28,243 nucleotides of DNA from an uncultured bacterium (lineage in GTDB: Bacteria > SAR324 > NAC60-12): assembly GCA_964010765.1 (NCBI GenBank), contig CAXGMD010000044.1, positions 1 through 28,243 of the forward strand. The letters run 5' to 3'. Under the pieces are notes generated by a model. That model saw only the letters and a list, made by a program, of their open reading frames with translations. It was not told the DNA's origin and did not search any database. This document shows positions 8,481 through 20,370 of the stretch, piece after piece. Every line of letters begins with the position of its first letter. Position 1 is the stretch's first letter. Position numbers and translations under genes: made by a program.

Positions 8481-9293
8481 ATGCAATTGCGAATTCTTTT
8501 GCTGACTGTACTTTTTTGGCCAATGCTCTCCCAAGCTCAGATTGCCAGCCACTGGAAGTATCAACTTTGGACCAAATGGCTCCCAGCACTAGAAATGGGT
8601 ACCACTGAGGAACGCTGGCAAGCAAGGTTGGCTTTTTTGACTTGGCCTGAAGCGTCGTTGCCGGTTTTGCGTCAAGGCATGATGAGCTCAGAGAGCCCAG
8701 ATAATTGGCGATTTGCCCAAGTTCTCGCCCAGATCGGTGATGAGAGTGACATTCAAAGAATGCTGGATGCTTGGCAAAGCTTGAGTAGTACCAGGCAAGA
8801 TGTTTGGCTGGGAAGCTTGGAGAGGTTGTACATGCGCTTTCGTGAGGAAAGCCCACAGAAATTATTATTAACGCGTTTCCAGTTTGAATCGGATGAAGCT
8901 ATCGAACCTCGAAGTGGAAGAGCCGATGGAGAGATCATCTATAAGCTCTCAAACTCAACAGCTTCCCCACGACTGGTTCAGGTTCGGATAAATATCTGGA
9001 GAGGAATGGCAGATCCAGACTGGCCAGAGCAATTGCACTGGCTGGAGGCCGGTAACTCTGTGGAGGTTTCTTTACCTGTCACGCTGCTGTTCGAGCCGAG
9101 AGTGCCCACAGTGAGATTGGATCTCGATGTGATGGAAATTGGTGTGAGGGAGACCTTACTGCATGAACGCTACGAGATTCCAGTTTCGGGAAGACCGGCC
9201 CCACCCAAATCAAGGCAGCGACCATTGAATCTTCCCAAAACAGATGAAAACGAAGCTCCTAAAAGACAATCAGAGGAAGCTGAATCAGGATGA
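8481..9293 (+). CDS. Exported hypothetical protein (HEAT-like helical region, beta-sandwich-like C-terminal part)
   Basis: Signal peptide MQLRILLLTVLFWPMLSQA; RWQARLAF and AQVLAQIGD resemble HEAT/PBS repeats; AGGA RBS; overlaps the phoU 3' end by 9 nt. Confidence 0.7.
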   Translation: MQLRILLLTVLFWPMLSQAQIASHWKYQLWTKWLPALEMGTTEERWQARLAFLTWPEASLPVLRQGMMSSESPDNWRFAQVLAQIGDESDIQRMLDAWQSLSSTRQDVWLGSLERLYMRFREESPQKLLLTRFQFESDEAIEPRSGRADGEIIYKLSNSTASPRLVQVRINIWRGMADPDWPEQLHWLEAGNSVEVSLPVTLLFEPRVPTVRLDLDVMEIGVRETLLHERYEIPVSGRPAPPKSRQRPLNLPKTDENEAPKRQSEEAESG

Positions 9294-9992
9294 CAAGTTC
9301 TTAGGTGTGTCTACCAATGAGGAGTGCCGAATGACCTCCGCATCCACTGTATAAACCACATCCTCACAGATCTTCTTGGCGTGATCTGCTATCGACTCCA
9401 TATAGTCAGAGATCGTTAGCTCTGTGATCAGAGCACGAACGTTTGAATTTCCTTTTTCCAATTCGGAGATTACCTTTTCTTTGATCAACCGGAACTGCTC
9501 ATCGACTTCATCGTCACTGTTGCAGACTTCGCGGGCTGTCTCGGAGTCTAGGGCAATCATGGCCTCAAGCCCTTTACGAACCATCCACTTAACTTTCGCT
9601 GTCAAAGCTGCGAAGTCAATAATCCTTTCTCTGCTTTCTCCATTATTGCTAATGACCAACTGAGCGATATCTCTTGCAAGGTCACCGATTCTCTCAAGGT
9701 CGTTTGTAATTTTGATGGTCGAAATCAAAAAGCGCATATCGACAGCAACAGGCTGATAAAGTGCAATGATCTTAAGGCACTCCTCCTCCAGATTGATTTC
9801 GCGTTGGTCTACATCTTTGTCAAGCTTGACCACTTTTTCAGCTAGCTCCAGATCATTTTCAGCAAGTGCTCGCAGTGCATTCTCAAATTGTTCTTCTACA
9901 AGAGTTCCGAGCAGGTTGGCTTGTTGTTTGAGCAGGGCAATCTGACGGTGCAAATGCAGAGTGACCGTTGTGAAATTAGCAGTAGAGGCCAT
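9285..9992 (-). CDS. phoU: Phosphate signalling complex protein PhoU
   Basis: DKDVDQRE, QPVAVDMR, DLERIGDLA, DDEVD and ESIADHA motifs; last gene of the pst operon. Confidence 0.95.
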   Translation of the reverse strand: MASTANFTTVTLHLHRQIALLKQQANLLGTLVEEQFENALRALAENDLELAEKVVKLDKDVDQREINLEEECLKIIALYQPVAVDMRFLISTIKITNDLERIGDLARDIAQLVISNNGESRERIIDFAALTAKVKWMVRKGLEAMIALDSETAREVCNSDDEVDEQFRLIKEKVISELEKGNSNVRALITELTISDYMESIADHAKKICEDVVYTVDAEVIRHSSLVDTPKNLSS

Positions 9993-10001
9993 AAAAATTC
10001 C

Positions 10002-10787
10002 TTATCCAAAACGTCCGGTAATGTAGTCTTGAGTCCGCTTATCTTCGGGGCGGACGAAAATATCGTCGGTGTCGCCCACTTCCACCAGATCACCCATATG
10101 GAAAAAAGCTGTTCTTTGAGAAACCCGAGCTGCTTGTTGCATGGAGTGGGTAACAATCACGATTGTATAGTTCTGACGAAGTTCGTGGATCAGTTCCTCA
10201 ATTTTTGCGGTAGCAATCGGATCAAGGGCAGAGCATGGCTCATCCATTAAGATGACTTCTGGATTTACGGCAATCGCTCTAGCAATACATAATCGCTGCT
10301 GTTGCCCTCCAGAAAGTCCTGTTCCAGGTGAGTTCAAACGATCTTTCACTTCCTCGAAGAGCCCTGCTTTTTTCAGACTATTCTCGACAATCTCGTCCAT
10401 CTCCTGGCGATTCTGAGCTAGACCATGAATTTGAGGTCCGTAAGCGATGTTATCATAAATAGACTTTGGGAAGGGATTGGGCTTCTGGAAGACCATGCCG
10501 ACTTTCTCACGCAGTTGCACTACATCGAGACCTTTGTCATAGATGTCTTCGTTATCCAAGGTGATTTTTCCAGTAATCCGGCAACCTTCAATAACATCAT
10601 TCATCCGGTTGATGCATCGCAGAAAAGTGGATTTCCCACAGCCAGAGGGACCGATGAGAGCGGTAACACTATTTTCATAGATTTCCAAATCCACCCCATG
10701 CAAAGCCTCTGCTTGATCATAGAAGACCCTGACATCAGATGAATTGATCTTCGTGACAAGAGTTCCGTTGTTTTTTTTCTGGCTCAT
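10002..10787 (-). CDS. pstB: Phosphate ABC transporter ATP-binding protein PstB
   Basis: [49 protein letters not shown] and terminal YITGRFG. Confidence 0.97.
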   Translation of the reverse strand: MSQKKNNGTLVTKINSSDVRVFYDQAEALHGVDLEIYENSVTALIGPSGCGKSTFLRCINRMNDVIEGCRITGKITLDNEDIYDKGLDVVQLREKVGMVFQKPNPFPKSIYDNIAYGPQIHGLAQNRQEMDEIVENSLKKAGLFEEVKDRLNSPGTGLSGGQQQRLCIARAIAVNPEVILMDEPCSALDPIATAKIEELIHELRQNYTIVIVTHSMQQAARVSQRTAFFHMGDLVEVGDTDDIFVRPEDKRTQDYITGRFG

Positions 10788-10814
10788 AACCGAAGTTCGT
10801 AATTTTGATTTGGT

Positions 10815-12092
10815 TTACCAGCGACGCTCAAATTTTTTGCGAAAAATTACTGCGAGCAAATTCATCAATACTAGAAAAACTAAGATCACCATGATTGCAG
10901 CTGCGGTCAGCTCAACAAAGCCTCTCTCAGAACTCTCCGCCCAAAGATATACCTGAACAGGAAGTGCTGCTGCACTTTCCAGCGGGCTAGTCGGAATATC
11001 GACCACAAAGGCAAACATTCCAATCATTATGAGCGGAGCGGTTTCACCTAAAGCTTGAGCTAGCCCAATGATCGTACCTGTCAAAGTACCTGGTAGCGCA
11101 AGTGGTAGGACATGATGAAGAACTACCTGCATCGGGGATGCTCCCATGGCAAGAGCACCTTGACGGATAGATGGAGGGACTGCTTTTAAGGCGGAACGGC
11201 AGGCAATGATGATTGTAGGCAAGGTCATCAAGGAGAGAACAATGCCACCAGCAAGAGGAGTACTTCTTGGAACCCCAAAAAAATTAAGGATCACTGCCAA
11301 GCCAAGTAGACCAAAGATGATCGAAGGAACTGCTGCGAGGTTATTGATATTGACTTCAATAATTTCAGTGATGCGGTTTTTTGGGGCGAATTCTTCCAAA
11401 TAAATGGCAGCAGCGATTCCCATTGGAAAGCTGATCACAAAACAGACAACCAACGCCCAGAAAGAGCCAGCTAGTGCTCCCGCCAATCCTGCCAATTCTG
11501 GATTTCTTGAATCACCACGAGTGAAAAAGTTGATGTTGAAGGTTGACCCAACTCGACCTTCTGCGGCCCATTGATCCAAAAGTCTTAGTTGAAGATTACT
11601 AACGACACGTCTCTCTTCCTCAATATCCCGAGGTGCTGCTCCTTTGACAATTGTATCCACTGGGGAAGAAGCAAGAAACCATAACTTTTGCGTTGTACCA
11701 AGAATAGAGGGATCGGAGAGAACTAAGTCCCTTAAGTCTGTTTCTGCGCTCTCACTGAACATCTGTATAAGATCTCTGCGCTCTGAGCGACTTTTGATGT
11801 CTGGATTATTCTCAACAACATTCTTTCTGAAGAGACCTAAATAATTTGCACGAGCTAGTTCTTCATTAGAACTTTGGGGGGTGACTTTCAAGAAGTTAGC
11901 ATCAAGGGTAACCTCAGACTGAATTTGTGTTCTCCAAAATGCTGAATATCCGGCTGTGAAGATTGTGTAGAGTAGAAAAAATACTGCAGACAATGCAGCT
12001 GCAATCGCTAATTTTCCATATAGCTTAAACCTTGCTTCAGCTGCATAGCGTTGCTTGAGACGAGCAGCCTTGGCTATATTTCGATCAGTCAT
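10815..12092 (-). CDS. pstA: Phosphate ABC transporter permease PstA (with N-terminal extension)
   Basis: YLEEFAP, NLAAVPSIIFGLLG, AQALGETAPL and ALPVQVY motifs. Confidence 0.95.
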   Translation of the reverse strand: MTDRNIAKAARLKQRYAAEARFKLYGKLAIAAALSAVFFLLYTIFTAGYSAFWRTQIQSEVTLDANFLKVTPQSSNEELARANYLGLFRKNVVENNPDIKSRSERRDLIQMFSESAETDLRDLVLSDPSILGTTQKLWFLASSPVDTIVKGAAPRDIEEERRVVSNLQLRLLDQWAAEGRVGSTFNINFFTRGDSRNPELAGLAGALAGSFWALVVCFVISFPMGIAAAIYLEEFAPKNRITEIIEVNINNLAAVPSIIFGLLGLAVILNFFGVPRSTPLAGGIVLSLMTLPTIIIACRSALKAVPPSIRQGALAMGASPMQVVLHHVLPLALPGTLTGTIIGLAQALGETAPLIMIGMFAFVVDIPTSPLESAAALPVQVYLWAESSERGFVELTAAAIMVILVFLVLMNLLAVIFRKKFERRW

Positions 12093-13455
12093 ATTTCTCT
12101 CGATACTTCTTCACAATCGCCAAGGCAACAACATTTAAAATCAGTGTCACAATAAACAAAACCAATCCAAGTGCAAAAGCCGAGAGCGTTTTTGGATCGT
12201 CAAATTCCTGATCGCCAATCAAGGCGACTACTATCTGAACCGTGACAGTCGTTACATTCTCTAAGGGGTTTAGTGTTAGATTCGCATTCAATCCTGCAGC
12301 CATGGCAACAATCATTGTCTCACCAATTGCTCTTGAGATCGCCAGCAGAAAGGCACCAACGATTCCTGGCAAAGCAGCAGGAATGATCACTTGTCGGATT
12401 GTTTCTGACTTAGTAGCTCCCATCGCATAAGAGCCGTCTCTCAGGGTTTGTGGAACAGCGTTGATAACATCATCAGAAAGTGAGGAGATGAAAGGAATTA
12501 TCATCACGCCCATCACCAAGCCTGCTGCAAGGGCACTACGTGCTTCTACTTCTAGCCCAATGGCAATGCCACCGTCTCTAACAAGAGGAGCCAAAGTCAG
12601 GGCAGCAAAAAATCCATAAACGACGGTCGGGATTCCGGCTAAAATTTCTAAAATCGGTTTGGTCCATCCGCGCATTTTTGGAGAAGCGTATTCTGAGAAA
12701 TAAATTGCGGACATCAAACCGATGGGACCCGCAACAATCATGGCGACGAAGGAGATGAGTAGGGTACCGCTGAAAACAGGGATTGCTCCCCAGGCACCGT
12801 CTCCAGCGACTTGATCTGCTCGAATTGCGATTTGAGGGTACCACTTGAGCCCAAACAAGAATTCAGTAATTGGAACCAGTTCAAAGAAACGGAAAGTCTC
12901 AAAAATTAGCGAAAGGACGATTCCAATTGTTGTGAGGATGGCGATGGTTGAGCTAATGAAGAGAAAACCATTGAACAATAATTCTACACCATGACGGGCC
13001 TTAAATCCTGGAGCCACTTTGGAACGAGTGAAGGCCATAATCAGCATTGCGAGCAAAATCGTGACGACGACCATGCTCCATTGACTTGATTGCTGGAGCG
13101 AACGCATCCATTCGGCAGTTTCTAGAATAAGAGGGTCTTGAGTTCCAAGAGCGACCCCCGCTGCAAGGTTGCGAACTTCTTCTGTCATGATCACATAATC
13201 TGTTGGAGTCAAGCCCCCAGATTGTGATTCCAAGTGACTTCTGATCAGGCTGCCCAACAAAACTGGTTCTAGTGCTGTCCAAAGCAGAATAAGTAAAATT
13301 GTTGGAATGCCACACCAAAGTGCGATGAAGTATCCGTGATATTGTGGGAGTGAATGAAGTTTTGTTTGTGAGCGGAGATTTGAAGCTTGTTTTCGGCCTA
13401 TGTAAAAACCTGAGAGACTGATCAGCAGAATCGCTGCGAGAAGGTAGGGGAACAT
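12085..13455 (-). CDS. pstC: Phosphate ABC transporter permease PstC (with N-terminal extension)
   Basis: LHSLPQYHG, EILAGIPTVVYGFFA, SRAIGETMIV and FALGLVLF motifs; overlaps the pstA start. Confidence 0.95.
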   Translation of the reverse strand: MFPYLLAAILLISLSGFYIGRKQASNLRSQTKLHSLPQYHGYFIALWCGIPTILLILLWTALEPVLLGSLIRSHLESQSGGLTPTDYVIMTEEVRNLAAGVALGTQDPLILETAEWMRSLQQSSQWSMVVVTILLAMLIMAFTRSKVAPGFKARHGVELLFNGFLFISSTIAILTTIGIVLSLIFETFRFFELVPITEFLFGLKWYPQIAIRADQVAGDGAWGAIPVFSGTLLISFVAMIVAGPIGLMSAIYFSEYASPKMRGWTKPILEILAGIPTVVYGFFAALTLAPLVRDGGIAIGLEVEARSALAAGLVMGVMIIPFISSLSDDVINAVPQTLRDGSYAMGATKSETIRQVIIPAALPGIVGAFLLAISRAIGETMIVAMAAGLNANLTLNPLENVTTVTVQIVVALIGDQEFDDPKTLSAFALGLVLFIVTLILNVVALAIVKKYREKYD

Positions 13456-13467
13456 ATGTGTTTCGGT

Positions 13468-13491
13468 ACCGGCAATCCTTGGATTGCCGGT
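13468..13491 (-). terminator. Perfect inverted repeat between pstS and pstC (mRNA-stabilising or partially terminating hairpin)
   Basis: ACCGGCAATCC-TT-GGATTGCCGGT, an 11-bp inverted repeat immediately after the pstS stop. Confidence 0.7.
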
Positions 13492-13502
13492 GGATTAATC
13501 AA

Positions 13503-14483
13503 TTACATGCTGATTGGTGTCAAGTTGCGGATATTATTCCGTACTTTTTCCTGTGTGCCAGTTTCTAGGGGAACAAGCCCACGATCTAACAGGTATCCAT
13601 AATCACCAATCGCAGCGTCACTCACAAACTCTTCCATGTATTCCTGCATTCCGGGAATCACACCGATATGAGCTTTCTTAGCGTAGAAAAAGAGGGGGCG
13701 CGCGATCGGATAGTCATAGCTCTGTATGGTGTCGAGGCTGATTTCGATACCATTGATTGTGGAGCCTTGAATTTTATCTCGATTTTGATCAAGGAAGCTA
13801 AAACCAAAAATCCCAAATGCCTCCGGATCGGCAGACAATCGATTTACGATCAGTGTGTCATTTTCGCCAGCTTCTTCAACAGCGCCGTCTTCTCTGAAGC
13901 CATCACATTCTTTACCAGAAACCATTCCAGCTTCCTTGCATCCTGGACCCATGATGAGGGAATCCCAAGCATCACGGGTTCCAGAGGTGGGGGGGGGTGC
14001 CAAGATTTTAATCGCAGCATTGGGCAACGAAGCATCTATTTCATTCCAAGTTTTAGGCTTGGGGCCATTCTCTGCCATCGCCATCCACAATTGGCCTGGT
14101 GTGAAATTCAGCTTTTGTGATTTAGAGTTGTTTGCAAAAGCAATCCCGTCGTTACCCACAATGATTTCAATAATCTCACTCACACCGTTCTTCGCACACA
14201 ATTCTTTTTCGCTTCCTTTGATTGCACGGGAAGCATTAGTGAAATCTGGGTGGCTGGGGCCTAAGCCAGCACAGAAAAGCTTCATGCCACCACCGGTACC
14301 AGTGGATTCAATTACTGGAGTTTTCATGGAACCGCGTTGGCCGTGTTTTTCTGCCACCACGGTTGCGAAAGGATAAACGGTTGAGGAACCGACGATTTGA
14401 ATCTGATCTCTAGCGTGGGCTAGGCCTGTCAACATCAGGGCCGCTAATCCAGTAGCTAAAGTTGCGATGGTCTTGCGGAACAT
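13503..14483 (-). CDS. pstS: Phosphate ABC transporter substrate-binding protein PstS
   Basis: Signal peptide, ARDQIQIVGSSTVYPF, GTGGGMKLFC, NASR, PPPTSGTRD and YPIARPLFFY; AGGAG RBS. Confidence 0.95.
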   Translation of the reverse strand: MFRKTIATLATGLAALMLTGLAHARDQIQIVGSSTVYPFATVVAEKHGQRGSMKTPVIESTGTGGGMKLFCAGLGPSHPDFTNASRAIKGSEKELCAKNGVSEIIEIIVGNDGIAFANNSKSQKLNFTPGQLWMAMAENGPKPKTWNEIDASLPNAAIKILAPPPTSGTRDAWDSLIMGPGCKEAGMVSGKECDGFREDGAVEEAGENDTLIVNRLSADPEAFGIFGFSFLDQNRDKIQGSTINGIEISLDTIQSYDYPIARPLFFYAKKAHIGVIPGMQEYMEEFVSDAAIGDYGYLLDRGLVPLETGTQEKVRNNIRNLTPISM

Positions 14484-14596
14484 TATTCTCCTAGGCTTAT
14501 TGGGTTTCAGACCTTTCCGAGTACGAACAGGGGTCTGTTTTTCGCCAAATTGGCATCATGCTTTACAAGCAATGAGAACAAGCCTAGAGAATAATT

Positions 14597-14624
14597 ATTA
14601 GAATTTGATTAAGGAGAAGTAATA
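14597..14624 (-). promoter_or_regulatory. Putative Pho-box-like direct repeats upstream of pstS
   Basis: Minus strand TATTAC-ttctc-CTTAAT-caaat-TCTAAT: three degenerate half-sites at an exact 11-nt period, plus a CGTCAC at about 14652-14657. Confidence 0.4.
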
Positions 14625-14665
14625 AATTGATGTGAGGGTAAGAAAAGATTTGTGACGTAGAGGGA

Positions 14666-15286
14666 TCAAGTAACTTTTTCTAGAAATTTCGGCAGAAGAC
14701 GTTCGACTGATTCAACGATGACTTTAGTTTGATGATCAAATTCTAAATTGAGTAGGGTGGTTTGGGTTGCGTTACCAAGGGTGGTTCTGGAAAGGGTTTC
14801 GGGGATCAAACAAACTGAAAATCGATCTGGCTCTACATCAACCACCGTGAGGCTGATCCCGTCAACTGCAATCCAACCTTTTGGAACTAAATAGCGGTTC
14901 CAATGTGGGGCAATTTCGATCCAGATTTTATGGTTCCCAGGGCTTTGTTCAATCTGAAGAATTTGGGCCTTACAGTCGACGTGACCATTGACCTGATGCC
15001 CGCCAAGTTCATCTCCCATTTTGAGAGATCGCTCAATATTCGTGGGAGAACCAACTTGCAGCATCCCAAGATTTGATCGATCTAAGGTTTCCTGAATTAC
15101 ATCGAATTCTGCCCATTCTCCTTCCTGGAAATTCACAACAGTGAGGCACACACCAGACACTGCTACACTTGCCCCTAATTCTAAGCAAGTGCTCCATTCG
15201 TTCATCTGAATGCGCAGCTTTAGCCCACCGCTGACCTGCTTTGAGAATAGGATCTCTCCTTTGCCCTGAACAATTCCTGTAAACAA
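14666..15286 (-). CDS. ribE: Riboflavin synthase (alpha chain)
   Basis: TTG start at 15286 gives the invariant MFTGIV N-terminus; SVAVSGVCLTV, NIERSL, GGHQVNGHVD, KGWIAVDGISLTV and LIPETL. The upstream extension in the ORF track overlaps the cyclase gene and is rejected. Confidence 0.95.
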   Translation of the reverse strand: MFTGIVQGKGEILFSKQVSGGLKLRIQMNEWSTCLELGASVAVSGVCLTVVNFQEGEWAEFDVIQETLDRSNLGMLQVGSPTNIERSLKMGDELGGHQVNGHVDCKAQILQIEQSPGNHKIWIEIAPHWNRYLVPKGWIAVDGISLTVVDVEPDRFSVCLIPETLSRTTLGNATQTTLLNLEFDHQTKVIVESVERLLPKFLEKVT

Positions 15287-15287
15287 T

Positions 15288-17414
15288 TCAGCCTTTTTCG
15301 GTGTGTGTGTAAACACCGTCCCAGTCGCCAGGGGGAGGCTCACTGATGAAGCGTTCACAACGCTCGATGTAAGTCAGGCAGGGCCCATCATTTTCGAGGT
15401 AGGTTAGGGCTTTGCGGAAGTGCTCAATAGCTATTGGGTAATCATGATCTTTATAGCATGAAAGACCCTTTTGATAATGCTCAAGAACATCTGTCATCGG
15501 GCCGCTGAGCTCATTCTTGAAGTCTAGGACCTCAAAAACTGGAACAGGCTCTTTCTTACCAACTACCCGAACAATGTCTAATTCTCTTGCATCCACATAA
15601 TTTTCGGTTCCTTCAAAATGATCTGTACCGTAGTAGGTGTTGCCTGAGATCATCGTGAAGGTTTTGTAGAACTTGTTTGCGCCTTCCAGACGTGCTGCCA
15701 AGTTAACTGTATCACCCATGATGGTGTAGTCCATCCTTTGCTGTGATCCCATGTTTCCGACCACGATGGGACCACTGTTGATCCCCATCCGTGCAAAGAG
15801 TTGGGGGCTACCTTTTTCTCGCCAGTCCTTACGCATTTCAATCAATCGCTTTTGCATGTCGATTGTGGCAAAACAGGCGAGTTTAGCGTGATCCGGTTGA
15901 TCCAAGGGAGCTCCCCAAAAAGCAATGATTGCATCCCCTTCAAACTTGTCTATCGTGCCAGCCCTACTGGAGATAAGATTACACATCTCGGTGAGGTATT
16001 CATTGAGTAGCGCAACCAGTTCTTCAGGCGTAAGACTCTCGGAGATCGTCGAGAACTTCTGAACATCTGAGAAGTAAGCAGTCATTTCACGACGTTCACC
16101 ACCCAAACTGAGTTTTGAAGGATCCTTGACGATTACATCAATCACGCTGGGGGAAAGGTACTGAGAGAAAGCGTTCTTGATGAAGGCTTTTTGCTGTCTC
16201 TCCGCAATGAACAAGAAGAAGTTTGTCGCAATCATGCTGAGAATCATTGCTGGGATGATGTAACTCATTGAGAGTACATAGCCATGATAGACGTAAGCAT
16301 AGATGCAGATTACCAGGTATCCAATGATTGCCGCAAGAAAGAGCGGGTTGTGAAGCTTTTCAAGCCTTGCAATGAACAAGAACAACAACATCATGCAGAT
16401 GAGAATCATTGCTTCTATTTCATTACTTGCTGGATGAATAGGAGCACCATTCATCATCGTCCAGATCGTATCGGCTAGGATTTCAATCCCATAAATTTCC
16501 CCAACTGGTGTTGAAAAAATATCGTGAGACACTTCAGTTGTGTCTCCAACAAGCACTAGTTTATCTTTAACCCAATATTCCAACTCATAGATCTCATCTT
16601 CATCGAGATCTTCCAGACCGTAAATCTCGCCCTCATAAAGATTCAAGACCATGGCGGCGGTGATACCAGCATATTCATGGAGAAAAGTAACACCCGGTTT
16701 GTGAAGCGGGTAATCCAGCCAAAGATCGCCATTTTGGTCCAGTGGGATTTCCTTATCTCCAATGTAGAGAATGTTGTTCTCCAGTCTTGGTTCAACATTC
16801 CAATACATGGCCAGTGCTTGAACTGCCCACGGCCACATCTTGAATTCATTGACAGCCTGATCGTAGAAACGAAGTCGGGAGAGCCGATTACCTATTAATG
16901 TGTGATTGGTATAACCAGCAACAGTAGCCTCCTGTAGAACAGGAGTTGCCGTTGTCACTCCACGGATTTCTTCATCTACAAGGTTCAATTGACCAACTAC
17001 CATTGTGTTTGGTTTCTCACCAAGCGCTTCTGCCAAGATGGGGTCTTCACCGTAGCCATTTGGAAAATCCATCAGCATATCAAGTGCAACGACCTTGGCA
17101 CCCAGTTCCTGAAGGTTGGTGACGATTTCAGCGATGTGTTTTCGTTGCAGAGGCCAACTTCCATATTCGGTGAAGAATTCTTCATCGGTATCAACAATCA
17201 CCATATCCTTTTCAGGAAAGGCATAAGCTTCAGGATTTGCAGTATGTCTTAGGATATGACGATAACCCTGCAGTTGATTTTCTGATCCTGAAAATATCTC
17301 GTATTGCTCAGCAGGAATCATGGCTAAGAAAAGCAGGATTATGATCCAATAATCTGGTCGGAGGAGTGACTTTTTCATGGAATTGTTCTGCGTTTTGGTG
17401 GGAGAGGAGGGCAT
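15288..17414 (-). CDS. CHASE2-domain class III adenylate/guanylate cyclase
   Basis: CHASE2 motifs (VIVDTDE..., WPLQR, GAKVVALDML, KDKLVLVG, TPVGEIYGIEILA), three TM helices, cyclase core (FSDVQKFS, IDKFEGDA, GINSG, YTIMGDTVNLAARLE), C-terminal TPR-like tail ending WDGVY. Start may be ATG 17378. Confidence 0.93.
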   Translation of the reverse strand: MPSSPTKTQNNSMKKSLLRPDYWIIILLFLAMIPAEQYEIFSGSENQLQGYRHILRHTANPEAYAFPEKDMVIVDTDEEFFTEYGSWPLQRKHIAEIVTNLQELGAKVVALDMLMDFPNGYGEDPILAEALGEKPNTMVVGQLNLVDEEIRGVTTATPVLQEATVAGYTNHTLIGNRLSRLRFYDQAVNEFKMWPWAVQALAMYWNVEPRLENNILYIGDKEIPLDQNGDLWLDYPLHKPGVTFLHEYAGITAAMVLNLYEGEIYGLEDLDEDEIYELEYWVKDKLVLVGDTTEVSHDIFSTPVGEIYGIEILADTIWTMMNGAPIHPASNEIEAMILICMMLLFLFIARLEKLHNPLFLAAIIGYLVICIYAYVYHGYVLSMSYIIPAMILSMIATNFFLFIAERQQKAFIKNAFSQYLSPSVIDVIVKDPSKLSLGGERREMTAYFSDVQKFSTISESLTPEELVALLNEYLTEMCNLISSRAGTIDKFEGDAIIAFWGAPLDQPDHAKLACFATIDMQKRLIEMRKDWREKGSPQLFARMGINSGPIVVGNMGSQQRMDYTIMGDTVNLAARLEGANKFYKTFTMISGNTYYGTDHFEGTENYVDARELDIVRVVGKKEPVPVFEVLDFKNELSGPMTDVLEHYQKGLSCYKDHDYPIAIEHFRKALTYLENDGPCLTYIERCERFISEPPPGDWDGVYTHTEKG

Positions 17415-17451
17415 CTAGAGAAGATGCCCGAAGTTGGTGAGTATTTTTTGT

Positions 17452-18378
17452 CTAGAGGTTTGCTTGGTATGTCTCGGTTACTTCTTCCTGCAGGGCTTGA
17501 AGTTTTAAACGAGCATAAACCTCGATCATAAAAGGTCTCAGATCGTTGATGTCATCATCATCACTATTCTGGCTGAAGAAGGATTCGTAGGTTTGCATGG
17601 CTGGGACGAGAAGTCCGTGCTCCTTCAGGACGCCTGCCATCATAAAACCATCAGTATCGTATTTCTTGACAGCTGTCACATCCTCTTGGAATTTTTTTAA
17701 TTTCTTACCACTGAGCCAGGAAAGTCTCCTCGTTTTACTCTCACTTAGAACCTTGCCATCTTTGAGGACATTTACGCTATATTTCATTGATCTCTCCGAA
17801 AATGGCTCAATCTTCTGAAGAACAACTTTCTCTGAAGTCGCTGCAACATCATATGAGTTATCACCAACATTTAAGCGATACGAATATTCAGAGCCTTTGC
17901 TCTCCCAAGCAACAGTGGGGTAGTCATCAGAGAGAGATATGTTGCCCAAGTCCACGATCAACTCCTGACCTGGTTTGTTGGCGGAGCGACGAACTGTCGT
18001 ATACTTTTGAGTAGTTGCAAATTGCTTATCTAAGCCAGCTAACAGCTCACCTGCTGCTTCCGTGGAACCTAGTTCACCACTGACTAATTCCATCCCTGAA
18101 TCGGTAATCTTGATTTCAGAACTGGCCAGTAGGTTTGTTGTTTCCTGCGTAACCTGATTTGCAAATTTTGCCTTGCTTCCATCATTTAGACGAACCATGG
18201 AACCAGGAAACACGAGCTTGTTTCGACGGACGGGCTTCCAGCGCTTCCCATTTTTGCTGTATTCAACCTTCCCATCGACGTCATAGATCATGCCCACTGG
18301 GACTCTATCTGCCTGCACTAAGGGTACGACCAAGAAGGAGACCAAGGCGAGTAGGAGCAAAGAACGCATGATTTTCAT
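17452..18378 (-). CDS. Exported protein with FecR-like N-terminal domain and DUF928-like C-terminal region
   Basis: Signal peptide; [23 protein letters not shown]...[16 protein letters not shown] fits the FecR-like N-terminal pattern. AGGAG spacing favours ATG 18378 over 18384. Domain calls are by eye. Confidence 0.65.
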   Translation of the reverse strand: MKIMRSLLLLALVSFLVVPLVQADRVPVGMIYDVDGKVEYSKNGKRWKPVRRNKLVFPGSMVRLNDGSKAKFANQVTQETTNLLASSEIKITDSGMELVSGELGSTEAAGELLAGLDKQFATTQKYTTVRRSANKPGQELIVDLGNISLSDDYPTVAWESKGSEYSYRLNVGDNSYDVAATSEKVVLQKIEPFSERSMKYSVNVLKDGKVLSESKTRRLSWLSGKKLKKFQEDVTAVKKYDTDGFMMAGVLKEHGLLVPAMQTYESFFSQNSDDDDINDLRPFMIEVYARLKLQALQEEVTETYQANL

Positions 18379-18645
18379 AGCCATCTCCTGAAGAATTTTA
18401 AGGGATTCATCAGAAATCTTGATCTAAAAGATTTCTTTTGGGTGTAAAGAGCCTTATCGACTCACTAACTGGACAAAATTAATAGCTAGTATAGGATTCA
18501 AGAAGTGACAACACAAATCCCTGTCACTTTGCTGCAACAGCCTGGGTTGAAAGCATTGAAAAGAAATATGAAATTGGGCATTTTAAAATCATTTCAACAA
18601 AGAAAGTTGGATTTGCAGCACAAATTGAACACGGAAGGTTGATCG

Positions 18646-20332
<1,687 letters not shown>

Positions 20333-20370
20333 GAGTCCGAAGAGCATTACCTGTTCAAACTGGAGGATTG

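Noticed and set aside
13989..13997. G9/C9 homopolymer in pstS as a phase-variation tract
   Set aside because: It encodes the conserved PPP of PPPTSGTRD and the frame is intact.
18385..18645. Fluoride riboswitch upstream of crcB
   Set aside because: No consensus core found by eye on the + strand.
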